A stretch of DNA of 64,000 nucleotides from a virus (lineage: Duplodnaviria > Caudoviricetes): positions 15,291 to 79,290 of IMG/VR virus record IMGVR_UViG_3300037470_000577. One strand, written 5' to 3'. Within the stretch, counting starts at the first letter, position 1. Every line of letters begins with the position of its first letter. A program made the translations under genes and the position numbers. The notes beneath the pieces were generated by a model that was not told the origin of the DNA, did no database searches, and saw only the letters and a program-made list of their open reading frames with translations. Below, piece after piece: positions 9,270 to 18,729 of the stretch.

Positions 9270-9436
9270 GCAACTCTCTTCGAGCGGCCCAGGAGATTAC
9301 CGACGAGTTCCTGGCGGTTAGCGATTACCTGACCGCCCTGGGAGTTCCGTATGAATTTGACGACGGGACGCCGATGCTCACCTTGTTAGACAGGGTGCGC
9401 TATATGAAAGAGGAGATGCAGCATGAATCTAAATGA
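9227..9436 (+). CDS. hypothetical protein
   Basis: fills the gap between flanking genes; start uncertain. Confidence 0.45.
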   Translation: MGKGVGDNAFALEIGNSLRAAQEITDEFLAVSDYLTALGVPYEFDDGTPMLTLLDRVRYMKEEMQHESK

Positions 9437-9977
9437 TGATCAGCAAGCAGTATTGAGAACGATTATCTCTTACGCTGGCATGAACGGCGATACGCCCCGC
9501 CAGTCAACGCTCGCCGTCTTAACCGGACTCAGTAGAAATAAGGTTGAGTATGCGCTTTCCCGGTTGGGTAGGGGGGGCTACTTAGTCCGCCCGTTTCCGG
9601 GTGAGTGGAATTACCAAGTTACCCCCAAAGGAGTTGAGGCAATGAACCAGTCCCCTATCGTCCCGCCATCCCCCCTGCACAACGACAGCACCGTTGTCTG
9701 CCGTTATGAATATTGGCCCAATGCCCGGCGAGCCGAACACCATCTGATTTATACCAACGGAACCTGTTCCTGTCGTCACGTCAAACGTTGCTTCCACCTG
9801 CGGCGGGCGGCAGTTGATTTACCCGACTTGATTGAACAGTTTGAGATTGAGTTCGAGGATAACGGCAGCCATTGGTCGCAAGAAAACATCGAGCGAATGG
9901 AACGGTGGTTGTCAGAGAACTACGAAACGATTATGTCCTGGAGCAAAGTGCCAGTGCCAACGTACGATGACTTTTAA
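9423..9977 (+). CDS. winged-HTH plus SWIM-type zinc-finger protein
   Basis: QSTLAVLTGLSRNKVEYALSRL..G HTH; CSC......CFH SWIM pattern. Confidence 0.7.
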   Translation: MNLNDDQQAVLRTIISYAGMNGDTPRQSTLAVLTGLSRNKVEYALSRLGRGGYLVRPFPGEWNYQVTPKGVEAMNQSPIVPPSPLHNDSTVVCRYEYWPNARRAEHHLIYTNGTCSCRHVKRCFHLRRAAVDLPDLIEQFEIEFEDNGSHWSQENIERMERWLSENYETIMSWSKVPVPTYDDF

Positions 9978-9982
9978 GGAGA

Positions 9983-10534
9983 ATGAGGGTGAACGAACTA
10001 CGTGCAGTGAACAGACCCCTGATAGTGATGCACACCGGTTGGGTCGATGCTGACCTGACGCTGGAGGAGTTGGGCTTACGGCTATGGGTGGCCGTACATG
10101 GGCCGGTGACGGCCGAATGCATTTACGAGATGTTTCCAGACTGTCCGACCGAAATAGTCAGCAGACTGGAGCACGACCAGCCGATGGACTTAATGAGTCC
10201 GCCCAAGAAGAAGCGGCCGAAGGTTAAGGCAGAGCGCAAGAAGTCCCAGGATCAGATTGATCGTGCGGTATTGGAGAGTCACTTCTCAGAGATAACCGGC
10301 ATCGCCAAACCCGAACCCAAGACTGCCCGTCAGCGTTCTCAGGCCGTAGCATTGTGGTGGAGTCCCTTGCGCGATATCTACGAGATGACAGGCAGAGATG
10401 TTGAGGCCGCGCAAACGCTTATAACAGAGGCCGTGTGGCGTATGGCCGAACTAACTATTGCCTCTCCCAAGTCCATCGAAAAGGTCTGCATCTCCATCAA
10501 TGCAAAGGAAGGCCATGATGATCTGGTCTTTTGA
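9983..10534 (+). CDS. putative replication initiator/organiser-like protein
   Basis: Lys-rich linker and helical C-domain upstream of primase/helicase; inference. Confidence 0.4.
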   Translation: MRVNELRAVNRPLIVMHTGWVDADLTLEELGLRLWVAVHGPVTAECIYEMFPDCPTEIVSRLEHDQPMDLMSPPKKKRPKVKAERKKSQDQIDRAVLESHFSEITGIAKPEPKTARQRSQAVALWWSPLRDIYEMTGRDVEAAQTLITEAVWRMAELTIASPKSIEKVCISINAKEGHDDLVF

Positions 10535-10835
10535 TGAGGGGGTGGATTATCGGATTGGCTTTTACACCAGCTTGCTCAATCGGGCGCTGGCCCCCAACTC
10601 GCCCATCGTCCATACCGACCTAGACCATACTGCCTATCTACGCCAGGTCGCGGCAACGTTGAATAAAATTGTCGAAGCGGGCATGAACGTACAACTGGTC
10701 GAACTAGCCCAGGTTACGGGCAACGCGGACATCATGGTCGATGTTGTAGCCTGGGTAGTTGGGGCGACCAACGCTTTGGGCGGAGAGTTGGACGAGATTG
10801 AGCGGGCGATGGCGAGCATAATGGAGGAATCATGA
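10515..10835 (+). CDS. hypothetical protein
   Basis: AAGG SD, overlap with upstream gene. Confidence 0.55.
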   Translation: MMIWSFDEGVDYRIGFYTSLLNRALAPNSPIVHTDLDHTAYLRQVAATLNKIVEAGMNVQLVELAQVTGNADIMVDVVAWVVGATNALGGELDEIERAMASIMEES

Positions 10836-11065
10836 GAACAGGATACGCATTTTCAGCTAGTGGAGTAGATAGCAAGGGTTTTCTAAGAACTGTTTGGGGA
10901 GTGGTTTGTGCTATAAGTGAAGAAGAAGCGGTTGGAGTGGCAGCGGCGCGATTTAACGAAAGACATCCCCACTGCCCCATCCACACAATAGGAGCAGTCG
11001 TTGTGGATGGAGAAGGAACAAAAATTATTAACGGGAGAATGGTGCAGGTGGAGGAGGAATCATGA
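10832..11065 (+). CDS. small hypothetical protein, paralog of 11062-11307
   Basis: GY.F...G.......G...A..E..A pattern shared. Confidence 0.6.
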   Translation: MRTGYAFSASGVDSKGFLRTVWGVVCAISEEEAVGVAAARFNERHPHCPIHTIGAVVVDGEGTKIINGRMVQVEEES

Positions 11066-11307
11066 ATAAAGGTTATATTTTTTTAGTGACAGGATTAGCC
11101 AGAAACGGAAGGGACTTTGAAGTTTCTTACGGACTTTTATTTGCAGAAAACGAGACTTATGCAAAATCATTGGCTACGTCTTACTTTCACAGAAACAACC
11201 CGTCTTGCAGCAATGTAAGTGTAAAAGTTACGGAAGTAGTCCTCCCGGAGGATTCTCACGTCCGCATTTATGGCAGCACCCTTATCGCTGATACGGAGGA
11301 ATCGTGA
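11062..11307 (+). CDS. small hypothetical protein, paralog of 10832-11065
   Basis: same pattern; both end in EES with ATGA/GTGA coupling. Confidence 0.6.
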   Translation: MNKGYIFLVTGLARNGRDFEVSYGLLFAENETYAKSLATSYFHRNNPSCSNVSVKVTEVVLPEDSHVRIYGSTLIADTEES

Positions 11308-12329
11308 ACTATCATCCCAGCATTAAGAAGTGGGTGGGGCTGCCCTATTTCAAACAAGTATCGGCAACAGAATATTGTTCAGCCTGTCCGAGTTGCGGCG
11401 AGTTTGACCATGACTCCTCGTCCGGCGAGCCAGACCGCTTCCGCATCTTCCCGGAAGGAACAGGCAAGACCGGGGTAGCGAGAGCCTGGTGCAGGCGTTG
11501 TCAGCACAAAGAGTTTTCGTTTCCGACCGGATACGACAAGCGTGACCCGGCAGGGCAGGCAAGAATGGCCCAACTACATCAAGAGATGTTGGAGAAAGCC
11601 GAGGAAGAAATCCAGCGTTTGCACAAGATGATCGCCTGGCTTGCTCGTTCTCAGTTCTGGCTCTCGGCCCATGAGGGAATGAATCAGGCCCAACGACAGA
11701 CCTGGCTCAAACATGTTCCCTCATGGGCTATAGATATGCACTGTCTCGGCTTCTTCGACCACGACCTGCACGTACATGGCCCTGAATCGGATGTCTTTGT
11801 ACGGGGCGATTCCCTCTCCATCCCCTACCTGGAAGGCGGCGTCGAACCGGAACATATCCAATCGCTCCAGCTAAGGATGTTGAACCCGGACGAGGGTGGC
11901 AAGTACCGCTTCTTGCCTGGATTCAAGGGCAGTGACCGATTGTTCTTTCCCTATCCGGAACATACGCACATGGATGAAGTTGTTATCGTAGTCGAGGGAG
12001 CTAAGAAATCAATATGGCTGTTTGACGAGTTGTCGGACATTGAGTACAGGGGACAGTCGGCCACCATTGTAGCGTTGCCCAATAAGTGGCTGGAATACGC
12101 TTCCGTTGCCCGGTTCGAGGACAGTAAGGTTGTGATATGGATGCTTGACCCGGACGCCCATTGGCCGGACAAGAACGGCAATGTGACGGCCGAGATTAAC
12201 GCCAACAAGGTGGGTCGGGAAAAGAGTCGCTTTGTCCGTTTGCCGGGCAAGGTGGACGACCTTATAACAAGCGGCGTATATAAGAACAAGCATTTGAAAG
12301 CTCTAATCAATCAGGCAGGTACAGTATGA
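11304..12329 (+). CDS. DNA primase (Zn-binding domain + TOPRIM)
   Basis: CPSCG...DRF...WCRRC Zn finger; VIVVEGAKK and LDPD TOPRIM motifs. Confidence 0.85.
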   Translation: MNYHPSIKKWVGLPYFKQVSATEYCSACPSCGEFDHDSSSGEPDRFRIFPEGTGKTGVARAWCRRCQHKEFSFPTGYDKRDPAGQARMAQLHQEMLEKAEEEIQRLHKMIAWLARSQFWLSAHEGMNQAQRQTWLKHVPSWAIDMHCLGFFDHDLHVHGPESDVFVRGDSLSIPYLEGGVEPEHIQSLQLRMLNPDEGGKYRFLPGFKGSDRLFFPYPEHTHMDEVVIVVEGAKKSIWLFDELSDIEYRGQSATIVALPNKWLEYASVARFEDSKVVIWMLDPDAHWPDKNGNVTAEINANKVGREKSRFVRLPGKVDDLITSGVYKNKHLKALINQAGTV

Positions 12330-13357
12330 ACATAGATGAAAGACGCTCTGAGGCTATGAAACGCTGGGGCCATACCCCCGCCGACGCTCAGACCGCTTTG
12401 ATTCACTTTGCCGAGAAGCTGTACGGAACAACTGGTGTGTCGTCCGGCAGTAAGAACCTGGACGCCATCATGGTTCCTACCAGACCGCCCTGGATACGAA
12501 CTTGGCTTGCTGCATCAGGACACGGCAAAAGTACCCAGCTTAGGGTTATCGCCAAGACTGAGGCTCGCCGCCTGGTTGATGCCGACATTGGTGATAGGTA
12601 CGCCGCTATCCTGACTTACGAGGAGGCTATTGACAGCCAGGAGTTACACATGGTTAGTGGCAACTTCACCAAGATGGATGTCTGGTACGGTCGAGTCCCG
12701 CCTCAATTGGTAGCGGAAGCGGCAGCCGACCGGGTTCTTCTGCCCATCTACATGATCGGGAAATCCATGTACAAGGCAGAACTAACGGGCCGCAAGAACG
12801 TCTATCACCAGCCCACTATCCACGACGCCATTGATGTGATGATGCACCTGTGGACGAAAGACCAGATTCGCCCCTCGGTTATATGTATTGACTACATTCA
12901 GAAGGTTCACATCAATAAACGTGGCCTTTCCCTGGACGCCAAGACCTTGCGGATTGCCGAGGGGTTGTCAGACATCTCACAGATGGCACTGGAGATGGAG
13001 TGTGCAATCGAGATGGGTTCCCAGGCAAGAAAGGAGGTGTTGACCCGCCGCGACCCTATCCCGACCGAGATAGATAACGAGTGGTCAAACGCTATCTTCC
13101 AGGAATCGACCGAGATGGTGGCCCTGTACCGGCCCTGGGCGCACAATGAGGCCAGGAAGAAAGCCATTAAGGATGGCCGGGGTTTTGACCTGCTGCGGGA
13201 CGATGGCACAAAAAGCAACGTGCCGTTCACGCCTGACCTGGTGATTGCCAGACCGCTCAAGAACAGGCCCAGCGCCATGCCTAACACGATAGCCTACCGC
13301 ATCAGGCCGGACTCGCTGGAGGTAGTTGATTTCCCGACCCAACTTATTTTCCCATAG
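12326..13357 (+). CDS. DnaB-like (SF4) replicative helicase
   Basis: Walker A AASGHGKST, YEE, Walker B ICIDYIQ, SQ and KNR arginine-finger motifs. Confidence 0.88.
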   Translation: MNIDERRSEAMKRWGHTPADAQTALIHFAEKLYGTTGVSSGSKNLDAIMVPTRPPWIRTWLAASGHGKSTQLRVIAKTEARRLVDADIGDRYAAILTYEEAIDSQELHMVSGNFTKMDVWYGRVPPQLVAEAAADRVLLPIYMIGKSMYKAELTGRKNVYHQPTIHDAIDVMMHLWTKDQIRPSVICIDYIQKVHINKRGLSLDAKTLRIAEGLSDISQMALEMECAIEMGSQARKEVLTRRDPIPTEIDNEWSNAIFQESTEMVALYRPWAHNEARKKAIKDGRGFDLLRDDGTKSNVPFTPDLVIARPLKNRPSAMPNTIAYRIRPDSLEVVDFPTQLIFP

Positions 13358-13368
13358 GAGAACAAACA

Positions 13369-13536
13369 ATGGAACTGGTAAATACGTTATTGGAATTGTC
13401 CGAAGAAGAATCGAAAGTTGATTGGACGATATTTATTGAGAAGGCCCAGGAGTTAGCCAGGCTGGTGCGGGAGTTAGAAATCACCGCCGCCCGCTGCCCA
13501 CTGTGCCAGGGAGGATATTCACATGAAGTACATTGA
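13369..13536 (+). CDS. small hypothetical protein (55 aa, CPLC)
   Basis: read manually; AGGAG SD. Confidence 0.55.
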   Translation: MELVNTLLELSEEESKVDWTIFIEKAQELARLVRELEITAARCPLCQGGYSHEVH

Positions 13537-13840
13537 TATTGATTGGGACGATCTTGCAGAAAGCATATTGTCGGGAGCAATGGCGTGGGATTGGGATTAC
13601 TACATCGACATCGACCTGCTGGATAATGGCTGGTTGAAACTCTCTAGCATTTCTGGCAATGGCCTAGCCGTTGAGGCTACATCCCCACCCATGACACCAA
13701 CCCAGGAGACGGCGCTGGGCTATCTTCGTTCGACCGGTTTGAAACCAACTCTCTTCGAGGTGGCGGAACTGGCCCTGGACAAGTTTGTCGATGAGGCTGC
13801 ATTGACCCGCCATATCTGCCAGATAATGGGGATTAGCTGA
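13523..13840 (+). CDS. hypothetical protein
   Basis: GGAGG SD. Confidence 0.6.
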   Translation: MKYIDIDWDDLAESILSGAMAWDWDYYIDIDLLDNGWLKLSSISGNGLAVEATSPPMTPTQETALGYLRSTGLKPTLFEVAELALDKFVDEAALTRHICQIMGIS

Positions 13841-14079
13841 TGAGCCTACACGAAACGATTACAGAGATAGAGCATAACCTGGAACAGATTGGGAATGTGT
13901 TCAAAGACAGGTATCAAATGATAGACGGACTGCACCGCTTTGAGTTAAGGATGAACGACGATGATAGCTGGTGTGTTCTCTTTGCTTCGGGCCGGGTGTT
14001 TATTCCCTCCGATGAAATAGATGAAATTCAACGACAGGTCAGCAATGCCCTGGAAAATGTAATAAGGAGATTGACATGA
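13840..14079 (+). CDS. hypothetical protein
   Basis: TGATG coupling. Confidence 0.6.
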   Translation: MSLHETITEIEHNLEQIGNVFKDRYQMIDGLHRFELRMNDDDSWCVLFASGRVFIPSDEIDEIQRQVSNALENVIRRLT

Positions 14080-14345
14080 ACAGTAAGGTAATTTTAGAAC
14101 AATTGGACATCGAGTACTTAGCCCATCTGAACGGCTGGGAACCGCCGCAGCGCATCCGCTTCTACTGCTTCACCTGCGGACAGCAGCACAACGGCGTCAT
14201 CGCCCGGAGATGCGGCTTAGACAACGTTTACACAGAGGACGAGGGCGGCAAGTTGGAGAAGGTTTACCAATCTGGCGGAGCCTACTACTGTCGGGTTAAG
14301 ACAGTATTAGAAGAAGCACACCCCGCCTTGCATCAGGCCACCTAG
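14076..14345 (+). CDS. hypothetical protein (CxxC)
   Basis: AGGAG SD, coupled. Confidence 0.6.
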   Translation: MNSKVILEQLDIEYLAHLNGWEPPQRIRFYCFTCGQQHNGVIARRCGLDNVYTEDEGGKLEKVYQSGGAYYCRVKTVLEEAHPALHQAT

Positions 14346-14962
14346 TGGAGTACAGTGACACCATTATGGTTAAGGACACTGCTTATCATGTAGGTTTGCT
14401 GGTTACGTGCCTTGTTCTGGGGCTGATACTGGTGATTGTCGGGACGGTCAACGTCAACGCTTTCATTGGGTCAGCCCTGTTGGGCGTTAGCGCCTACTGC
14501 GTGGCCTACATCTGGCTGCTCCACACCGAGCCAGCGCCAGAAGAGGAGTGGGTAGAACCTGAATCGGAATGGGGCGAGGCCGCTGTGATGTCCGACCGCA
14601 AGCGCATAATTGTCAACGGCAAGATGGAGAATATCCCGGCCAACCTGCAACCGGCTATCGAGGCCATCATCTCTTATCGGGAAGCGGGCGAGTTACAGAC
14701 CGTCTCGGCCAGGTCGCTGCACGAATTGGGCATAGCCAGTCGCTTTGCGGCCAATGATGAGACAACGGCCCAGGACATTATGGATTGGCTTATTGAAATG
14801 GATGTTGTGGAACAGAAACCACGTTCGGCTGGCGAGTGGGTGGGTGACATAAAGTACTACCCCCCTACCCCCAACGGTGTGTCCCGGCAGGCGGGAAATG
14901 GTGGAGTGGACAGGAGTGCGCCACCACCACCACATTTATCCACCACCACCACCACTAACTAA
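14345..14962 (+). CDS. membrane protein, 2 TM helices plus C-terminal winged-helix-like domain
   Basis: hydrophobic residues 15-58; SARSLHELGIASR...AQDIMDWLIEMDVV weakly recalls an FtsK gamma domain. Confidence 0.55.
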   Translation: MEYSDTIMVKDTAYHVGLLVTCLVLGLILVIVGTVNVNAFIGSALLGVSAYCVAYIWLLHTEPAPEEEWVEPESEWGEAAVMSDRKRIIVNGKMENIPANLQPAIEAIISYREAGELQTVSARSLHELGIASRFAANDETTAQDIMDWLIEMDVVEQKPRSAGEWVGDIKYYPPTPNGVSRQAGNGGVDRSAPPPPHLSTTTTTN

Positions 14963-14973
14963 AGGAGAATGAC

Positions 14974-15396
14974 ATGAGCTTGTACAATATGGTATTTGGA
15001 TTTAATGCGGCAGTATTGTGGTGTTTGCCGATGCTTGGCAAACATCCAGACGAATATCCCCGTTTTCGAGATTGTTTCCTGGGTGACGAAGCATATCCAG
15101 AGTACAACGGGCATATTCACGTTTACACCAGAACCGGAGGCGGAAATAGAGAGGGCTACGAAGCAGAGAATCAGGCCATGCGAGATATGACCGGCTTTGT
15201 CACCGACTTTGATGATGACTTTGATTCCACTTTTGCCTCATGGGTTTTCGAGGTTCCTGAAAAATGGAAGGCCGACTTCGCCTTGATAGTTACCAACCGA
15301 CAGAAAGAAATCAGCCCGGCCTATCGTGAACAAATGAAAAGCGTGTATCCGAAACTGGCCGAGCGTATTGATCAGCTATTTGAGGACGGTGAATAA
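14974..15396 (+). CDS. conserved phage hypothetical protein
   Basis: RFRDCFL, VYTRTGGGNR and DDDFDSTFA motifs. Confidence 0.7.
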   Translation: MSLYNMVFGFNAAVLWCLPMLGKHPDEYPRFRDCFLGDEAYPEYNGHIHVYTRTGGGNREGYEAENQAMRDMTGFVTDFDDDFDSTFASWVFEVPEKWKADFALIVTNRQKEISPAYREQMKSVYPKLAERIDQLFEDGE

Positions 15397-16046
15397 TGCC
15401 ATTACGAAAAAGACTTTCTTACAGCACTATCCAACGAATCGGTATCCTGGCCCTTATGGGAGCGGCCCTGGCCTTTGGCGGGCAGTTGGCTTACGGCTGG
15501 TCGCTGGGCGAAACCCAAAGCATCATGGCCTTAGTCGTTGGCCCCCAATGGGCTGAGACTGCGGCCTGGCTGGTAACGTTTGGCCCGCAGCCGCTGCTCA
15601 TCATCTCTTCCTCGACCAGGGAGGGCAAGCTCCGTCTGTTCAGTATCTCAGGACTAACGCTCCTGGCTGGGTTTGCCTTGAATTTCACCGACATGGCAAC
15701 CAATATTGCTGCGTTTGTTGAATCATTTAACGGCGGTGAGGCTTCGTCCGACTTTGTGCGCTACATCGCCTTTGGCATTGGCGTTCTTATGTGCATCGGC
15801 ATTACCTGGTACGAGGAAATTGGGCTGCTCATTATTGCCAAAGCCTTTGACCTGGTACGGCAGATTTTGGCAGATATGAGTAAGTCCGCCCCAAAATGGT
15901 TCGCCTGGGACCTGGCAATCGACTTGGCCGGAGCCGCTTCCAACGGCAATATCTTGTCCGAGCCGAAGCCACAGCCCCGCCAGGAACGACAGCCACAAGG
16001 CGGCAACGGCCACCGTCCAGAAAACAGGCGAGAGAGACAGCCATAG
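15396..16046 (+). CDS. multi-pass membrane protein
   Basis: about 4 hydrophobic segments; charged Q/R/P tail. Confidence 0.65.
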   Translation: MPLRKRLSYSTIQRIGILALMGAALAFGGQLAYGWSLGETQSIMALVVGPQWAETAAWLVTFGPQPLLIISSSTREGKLRLFSISGLTLLAGFALNFTDMATNIAAFVESFNGGEASSDFVRYIAFGIGVLMCIGITWYEEIGLLIIAKAFDLVRQILADMSKSAPKWFAWDLAIDLAGAASNGNILSEPKPQPRQERQPQGGNGHRPENRRERQP

Positions 16047-16112
16047 CTACCCTATGGGCCATCACGCTATTGGCGGTGATGGCCCTACTTAAACTGATAG
16101 GAGTATTTTAAT

Positions 16113-16550
16113 ATGGACATATCTACCCAACGAGTGTACTGGCACTGGTATGCTCAGACAGGAGAGGACGAGGCGCTGGCCCATGTGTTGGCCGACCGCG
16201 CCTTCCGCTATCCCAATGAGGAGTACCTGGCGGCTAAAACATTATTTGGCGGCGGCATCTTAGCCGGAAGCATTGTGGTGGAGAGCGAGCCGGAGTACGT
16301 GCTGCATAGAGGGCACGAGCCGTTCTGTGCTGGCAGCGAATCAACTTTGCTGCATCTCCTGGACGGTCTGCGCGAACAGCGACACGAGTGGTCTGTTGGA
16401 CCGGGTCGGATTGTGGCTTGCGATATTGTGGTACGGCTCATGGGCGGGCATGAGGTTCAGACGCCATCGGCCAGAGCGGTACTGCACATGCACCACATGG
16501 TTGGAAAGCAGCGCCTTCAATCCTTTACTGCCCATGCGTTACGACGATGA
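16113..16550 (+). CDS. hypothetical protein
   Basis: AGGAG SD. Confidence 0.55.
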   Translation: MDISTQRVYWHWYAQTGEDEALAHVLADRAFRYPNEEYLAAKTLFGGGILAGSIVVESEPEYVLHRGHEPFCAGSESTLLHLLDGLREQRHEWSVGPGRIVACDIVVRLMGGHEVQTPSARAVLHMHHMVGKQRLQSFTAHALRR

Positions 16551-16614
16551 GTTATAGAAAGCGGGCGCTCATCATGACAATAGCAGGAGGGTTACTTGCT
16601 ATCGGGATACTTAT

Positions 16615-16947
16615 ATGGATTACATAAACTTCACAAACAGTGAAGCCTTCACGCCGCGTGAACTTTGTCCGCGCTGCCGAAAGGAAGTCGGAACGGTCAA
16701 TATACTCGTTCCCAATGCTGGCACTCGTCCAGAATTGTACGGGATGCCCTTGTGGTGGCGGCGGTTCAAAGTTTGTCGGGAGTGCTATCACACGGTTATC
16801 TTGGGGCGCGAATCGGCCGAGCCTTACCCGGATTGGCTGCTGCCTTATGTTGTGGCCGAGACGGTCTATACCTGTCTTGGCATTTACATCACGCCCGAAC
16901 ACGCAATGCGGGAGATAGCATATTTAGAAGAACTGGCTTGTGAATAG
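16615..16947 (+). CDS. Zn-ribbon hypothetical protein (CPRC...CREC)
   Basis: two CxxC; N-terminus encoded over the motif doublet. Confidence 0.6.
   Translation: MDYINFTNSEAFTPRELCPRCRKEVGTVNILVPNAGTRPELYGMPLWWRRFKVCRECYHTVILGRESAEPYPDWLLPYVVAETVYTCLGIYITPEHAMREIAYLEELACE
16630..16662 (+). repeat. dispersed motif copy 3, tandem doublet (TTCACAAACAGTGAA-GCC-TTCACGCCGCGTGAA)
   Basis: exact 17-mer at 16646-16662 plus a second TTCAC-N5-GTGAA 18 bp upstream. Confidence 0.9.
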
Positions 16948-16959
16948 GAGAAATGAACG

Positions 16960-17478
16960 ATGGGAAGCAGCAAACCATGCCCAGGCTGTGGAGAAATAAA
17001 TAGCAGTCGAAAATCAACAGAAGTTTGCCGGGATTGCCGGGAAAAACTTGACCTGTACGGTGAACTAAATAAAGAGTTTGAGAAAACCACTCTGGATAAA
17101 ATAACTTTTAAGATTGGAGAGCAGGCGCACTGGAACCGGTATTTTCCAGTGAATTATCCGCGCTATGAAGATAGGGCAATAGGCCAGAATCTAAGAGATG
17201 TTATTTTCAATGTTTGTATTGCTGGTTCAATTCGTGTTTCAAGAGACGGTTGGGGTAATGCTCCTCATATAATGAGTAGCAAAACCCATCACGGTGGAGC
17301 CGTTCTGAGGGCAAGCTCCCAAGAGTTCTTTGATTCTATTCAGAACTTAATGGAAGTCGTCCAAAGAGCGGTTGATTTGTCGTATGAAGCAGGACGGCAG
17401 GACGGTCAAAGATTTCTGGTTGACATTGCAGAGGGTAAGAAGTCAATCCAGGATTACAATGATAGTTTAGTCAGGTAA
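16960..17478 (+). CDS. hypothetical protein (N-terminal CPGC/CRDC)
   Basis: AT-richer than flanks; SD present. Confidence 0.65.
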   Translation: MGSSKPCPGCGEINSSRKSTEVCRDCREKLDLYGELNKEFEKTTLDKITFKIGEQAHWNRYFPVNYPRYEDRAIGQNLRDVIFNVCIAGSIRVSRDGWGNAPHIMSSKTHHGGAVLRASSQEFFDSIQNLMEVVQRAVDLSYEAGRQDGQRFLVDIAEGKKSIQDYNDSLVR

Positions 17479-17547
17479 AGACGCCCGTCCTCCCCGCCTG
17501 ATTTTGTTGGGTGTTTGGGGAAAGTGTGGTTAGAAGGAGAATAAACG

Positions 17548-17904
17548 ATGATTGACAATTTTAATGACCGTGTGTTAAGCAGGGCGGGGGATGCTGATGC
17601 CTTCGCAATGGGGGTCGGCATGTTTCACGAATTGCTAGTCCTGGAAGTTATGAACGAGAAGATGCACGGGCCAGAGACCTGCCCATTCTGCGGTGAGTAC
17701 CCTTACGAAATTGTTGCCGCCCAACGAGTCATCAACTGCTGTCGGGCCGGAGATATGTACCTCTCTGGTCGGGCAACGGCAGAGGTGGCCCAGGCGGTGT
17801 ACGATAACCCTAACCTTTTCCGGTGCTGGAGTTGCCGGGAATGGGTTGAATACGGCGCAGAGGAAGTATGTCCGAAATGCGGCAAGGATGAGATTCCGTT
17901 TTGA
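17548..17904 (+). CDS. Cys-rich (Zn-binding) hypothetical protein
   Basis: CPFC, CC, CWSC, CPKC. Confidence 0.65.
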   Translation: MIDNFNDRVLSRAGDADAFAMGVGMFHELLVLEVMNEKMHGPETCPFCGEYPYEIVAAQRVINCCRAGDMYLSGRATAEVAQAVYDNPNLFRCWSCREWVEYGAEEVCPKCGKDEIPF

Positions 17905-18071
17905 AGCGGAAGCGGAAGTTGCCCACCTACTGTACTAAAGTAAAGATTAGGGATGAGAACACGGCTATGGATGTCGTGGTGCGGCTGCGTTCTCAGGGCA
18001 TACCTATCCGCCGTTATTATTACTGCCGTCTGTGCCACGCCTATCACGTAACAAGGAAGGAGAGACTGTGA
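17901..18071 (+). CDS. small phage protein (RYYYCRLCHAYHVT)
   Basis: read manually, TTG start; R.Y.C..C..yH.T pattern common in phages. Confidence 0.55.
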   Translation: MKRKRKLPTYCTKVKIRDENTAMDVVVRLRSQGIPIRRYYYCRLCHAYHVTRKERL

Positions 18072-18316
18072 ACGAAATCGGATGCTGGATGTGTGATGGA
18101 TGGGGTTACATTCACCCACTAGACACGGGAGAAAATAGCCATAACGGGAAACCGCCATTCAAGCGAGAAGATCCCGTTTATGTTTGGGCAGCCAGCCGAG
18201 GGACTCACTGGCCTGGTGATGTCCAGTGTCCTGTTTGCCAGGGCGACGGAAAGTCCGTTCCATTTAATAGCGCATACTCAGGAGATGTCCTACTTCTTGA
18301 ATCGGAGATTTGGTGA
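18068..18316 (+). CDS. Zn-finger protein (CWMCDG...CPVCQG)
   Basis: DnaJ-CR-like CxxCxGxG pairs; GTG start with SD. Confidence 0.6.
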   Translation: MNEIGCWMCDGWGYIHPLDTGENSHNGKPPFKREDPVYVWAASRGTHWPGDVQCPVCQGDGKSVPFNSAYSGDVLLLESEIW

Positions 18317-18729
18317 TGTTTGACTGTTGTGATGTCTGCGGTCATCTCCTCTCCCGTTGTGCCTGTCCTGCTTGCTGGCGGTGCGGGGAGAGGGGTAAGC
18401 TATCTTGTGAGACTAATCACCGCCTCAGCGTCTATCTGGAGGCTGTAGAGGCTGTTCTGGCAGCGCATGGTGGCAACTCTCAGGCGGCTGCTGACACATT
18501 GGGGATTAACAACACCCACCTCTACATCGACCGCCGAAAATTGCAGAAGAAATACATCTCGCCCACCTTGAAGCGAGCGTTGTACCGGATGGGATACATG
18601 CGGATAAAGCGCCAGCGTTTTCGGTTGGCGGCGGAGTGGGGGGATGAGGGGCAGAGGCAGGCATTTATTGAGCAGGTGTTGGATGGCAAGAGTTTTACTG
18701 AGTGGGTAACGGAGAAAAGCTATGAGTGA
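18310..18729 (+). CDS. hypothetical protein, Cys-rich N-terminus and HTH-like middle
   Basis: CDVC/CPAC; NSQAAADTLGINNTHLY HTH-like. Confidence 0.55.
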   Translation: MVMFDCCDVCGHLLSRCACPACWRCGERGKLSCETNHRLSVYLEAVEAVLAAHGGNSQAAADTLGINNTHLYIDRRKLQKKYISPTLKRALYRMGYMRIKRQRFRLAAEWGDEGQRQAFIEQVLDGKSFTEWVTEKSYE

